This document shows, one piece after another, positions 62,390 to 64,000 of a stretch of 64,000 bases of DNA. Below the pieces are notes generated by a model. The model was given only the letters and a program-made list of their open reading frames with translations, ran no database searches and was not told the origin of the DNA. How positions within the stretch are numbered: the first letter of the stretch is position 1; each line of letters begins with the position of its first letter. Source of the DNA: Candidatus Omnitrophota bacterium (GTDB lineage: Bacteria; Omnitrophota; Gorgyraeia; Gygaellales; Profunditerraquicolaceae); NCBI GenBank assembly GCA_042570405.1, contig JBHPGR010000004.1, positions 4,474 to 68,473 on the forward strand. The letters are read 5' to 3'. The position numbers and the translations under genes were made by a program.

Positions 62390-63820
62390 TTACCTCGGTA
62401 TTAAGATACGCTTTACTTTTCGCAGGGCTATTTTTATAAAAGGGACGTATACTAACTTATTCCGTACCAGATCTGTTGCCGCTAGAAAACTGACCAGCTC
62501 CCCAAAGAGGCCATAGCGCCTTAAAATCCTGCGGTAGTATCTTTGAGTTACCCTCCTAGAGATGAGATCAGCGTAGGCTAGCGCCTTTCTTCTCTGCCTG
62601 AGCGGTAATTCCGGAGTTACAAATACCGGCCTTCTGTCATTGACGCGGGAAAAATTCAGATAGCGCGCTGGGGGCACGATAAAAAGATTGTTCTCTTTTA
62701 TCCAATCAAATAATTCGCTATTCGGAATAGGTAAGATATTATACATCCTTGCCTGATAGATAGGATAACGTAAGGCCAGCCTGAAGGAAGCATTTAAGTC
62801 TTCCCAGGTCTCATAGGGAGAGCCGATCAAAAAAAATAAAGTCACCTGATAACCTAATTCGCAGGCGTCTTTTATAGCTGATTCTATTTGAAGAACTGTC
62901 TCCTGCTTCTTCAACACTTTCAATATCTTATCGGAGCCGGATTCCACACCGAAAGCGAGCGCTTTAAAACCGACCTCCCTCATCCTCGCCAGCAATTTCC
63001 TGTCTACTCTATCCGCCCGCACCCCATTGGTACACCTGAATTCAAGTTTGTTTAGGCCCCTTTTTTGAATCTCTGCGCAGATCAAATATACCCTCTCGAC
63101 ATCAAGAGTAAAGTTGTCATCTAAGAAATCAAAAACAGAACGTCCGCGGTTATGCCAATACTCAATCTCATCTGCTACGTCTTCTGCGCTGCGCGCATAA
63201 AACCTGTTGCCGTATGCAATCCGGGATATACAAAAGGTGCATTGGCTTGGGCAGCCTCTTGAGGAAACAATCGCTACCGGAACATCTAAAGCAAACCAAT
63301 ATTTACTCAACTCAAACCCATTATACTTGGGAAAGGAGTAGTTTTGAATTTTATATATACCTTCAACGTTAAATATGATTTTGTTATTTTCTCGATAAAT
63401 AAGTCCTTCAATCTCTTCAAATGGCCTTCCTCTACACAGCCCGGTAATGGGCTCCTCTCCATACATGATTATACCGTAATCGATATCCCGGCATTCCTCT
63501 AATACCCCTTTCTTTAGAGTCGAAAGGTGCGGTCCGCCGGCGGCAATTTTTAGAGAAGGAAAACATCTCTTAATATAATTTATTAGCTGATATCTTTTTT
63601 TGTGACCTAAGGTCTGCAGGGAGATCCCCACCAGATCCGGCTTAAAACTTCTGATCCTGGATCTAATATCGCGCCGATTATATCCTAAGGACATGTCCAG
63701 AACTTGATATTCTATGCCGGCACCCAAGAGAGCCTGGGCAATATAGGCTAGGCCGATAGGAAGAAAGGGATCAGGAGATCCGTATGATGGATTGATTAGT
63801 AATACCCGCGAAAACCTCAT
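62390..63820 (-). CDS. B12-binding domain radical SAM protein
   Basis: N-terminal B12-binding-like region plus SRGCPSQCTFC. Confidence 0.75.
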   Translation of the reverse strand: MRFSRVLLINPSYGSPDPFLPIGLAYIAQALLGAGIEYQVLDMSLGYNRRDIRSRIRSFKPDLVGISLQTLGHKKRYQLINYIKRCFPSLKIAAGGPHLSTLKKGVLEECRDIDYGIIMYGEEPITGLCRGRPFEEIEGLIYRENNKIIFNVEGIYKIQNYSFPKYNGFELSKYWFALDVPVAIVSSRGCPSQCTFCISRIAYGNRFYARSAEDVADEIEYWHNRGRSVFDFLDDNFTLDVERVYLICAEIQKRGLNKLEFRCTNGVRADRVDRKLLARMREVGFKALAFGVESGSDKILKVLKKQETVLQIESAIKDACELGYQVTLFFLIGSPYETWEDLNASFRLALRYPIYQARMYNILPIPNSELFDWIKENNLFIVPPARYLNFSRVNDRRPVFVTPELPLRQRRKALAYADLISRRVTQRYYRRILRRYGLFGELVSFLAATDLVRNKLVYVPFIKIALRKVKRILIPR

Positions 63821-64000
63821 CTTCGATCTTCCTTTTCCCTGATCATTTCTCTGATCATATCCGCTAACCTTTTCGTCGCCCTTCCGTCAAAGTGCTGGAT
63901 ATGTTCTGGAATAAACTTTTCCCGTGCGGCTTTTAACCTCTGCTGAAGGGATTTATTATTTAAAATATCCCTTACGGCAATGGCGATATCCTCCTGCCTG
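63817..64000 (-). CDS. 3' end of a CDS entering from outside the window (possibly glycosyltransferase/epimerase C-terminus)
   Basis: Hand translation: ...RQEDIAIAVRDILNNKSLQQRLKAAREKFIPEHIQHFDGRATKRLADMIREMIREKEDRR*. Its stop overlaps the next ATG (ATGA). The function is not determinable from 60 aa. Confidence 0.35.
   Translation of the reverse strand, partial: RQEDIAIAVRDILNNKSLQQRLKAAREKFIPEHIQHFDGRATKRLADMIREMIREKEDRR

Overview
All confidently called genes in this 64-kb window lie on the minus strand and are tightly packed, often with overlapping stop and start codons. The source looks like an uncultivated-type bacterium, and I cannot assign taxonomy from sequence alone.

In plus-strand coordinates the window contains:
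- 1-4.6 kb: a visibly AT-richer block of ion and solute transport genes (MscS-like, MFS, TrkA-C protein, LapA-like, CorA).
- 4.4-5.8 kb: a small rearranged junction with an excisionase-type HTH gene missing from the ORF track, a GIY-YIG gene, a truncated DedA/TVP38 copy and a decayed second GIY-YIG copy.
- 5.8-14.9 kb: housekeeping genes (GH15, beta-CASP MBL nuclease, full-length DedA/TVP38, CPA2-CBS antiporter, NifU/NifS).
- 15-25 kb: a type IV pilus-like operon (PilB, PilC, pilin, TMTC-like TPR membrane protein, three pseudopilins, a PilM-PilN fusion, PilO, a PilP-like protein).
- 25-30 kb: two sensor kinases, a receiver and two PilZ proteins.
- 30-33.5 kb: transporters.
- 33.5-39.5 kb and 55-64 kb: an exopolysaccharide locus (Wza-like, Wzz/BY-kinase, O-antigen ligase, WecA-like, GT4/GT9, methyltransferase, SGNH, B12-rSAM).
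- 51.3-54.8 kb: a MerR / ExeA-like ATPase / HD-GYP / receiver regulatory module that interrupts the EPS locus.
- 39.6-51.3 kb: a 13-gene RiPP-like cassette, also inside the EPS locus.

The RiPP-like cassette is the most interesting feature. It encodes a PqqD-type RRE, an 86-aa Cys-bearing candidate precursor with a strong SD, three paralogous radical SAM/SPASM enzymes and a B12-binding radical SAM enzyme. It also encodes an HPr-kinase-like P-loop protein, an NTP_transf_5 nucleotidyltransferase, an S24/S26-type peptidase, a UPF0489-like/TPR protein and an ABC exporter. To my knowledge this combination matches no characterised RiPP class.

The cassette is punctuated by arrays of a 7-nt repeat (YGTAAGT / ACTTACR). 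One inverted pair of 31-nt arrays encloses a 23S-rRNA-IVS-type four-helix-bundle gene inserted between two maturase genes. A second pair forms an empty hairpin just upstream of the precursor gene.

No rRNA, tRNA, CRISPR array, integrase or transposase was recognised. All functional calls rest on motif recognition by eye and need HMM or BLAST confirmation.
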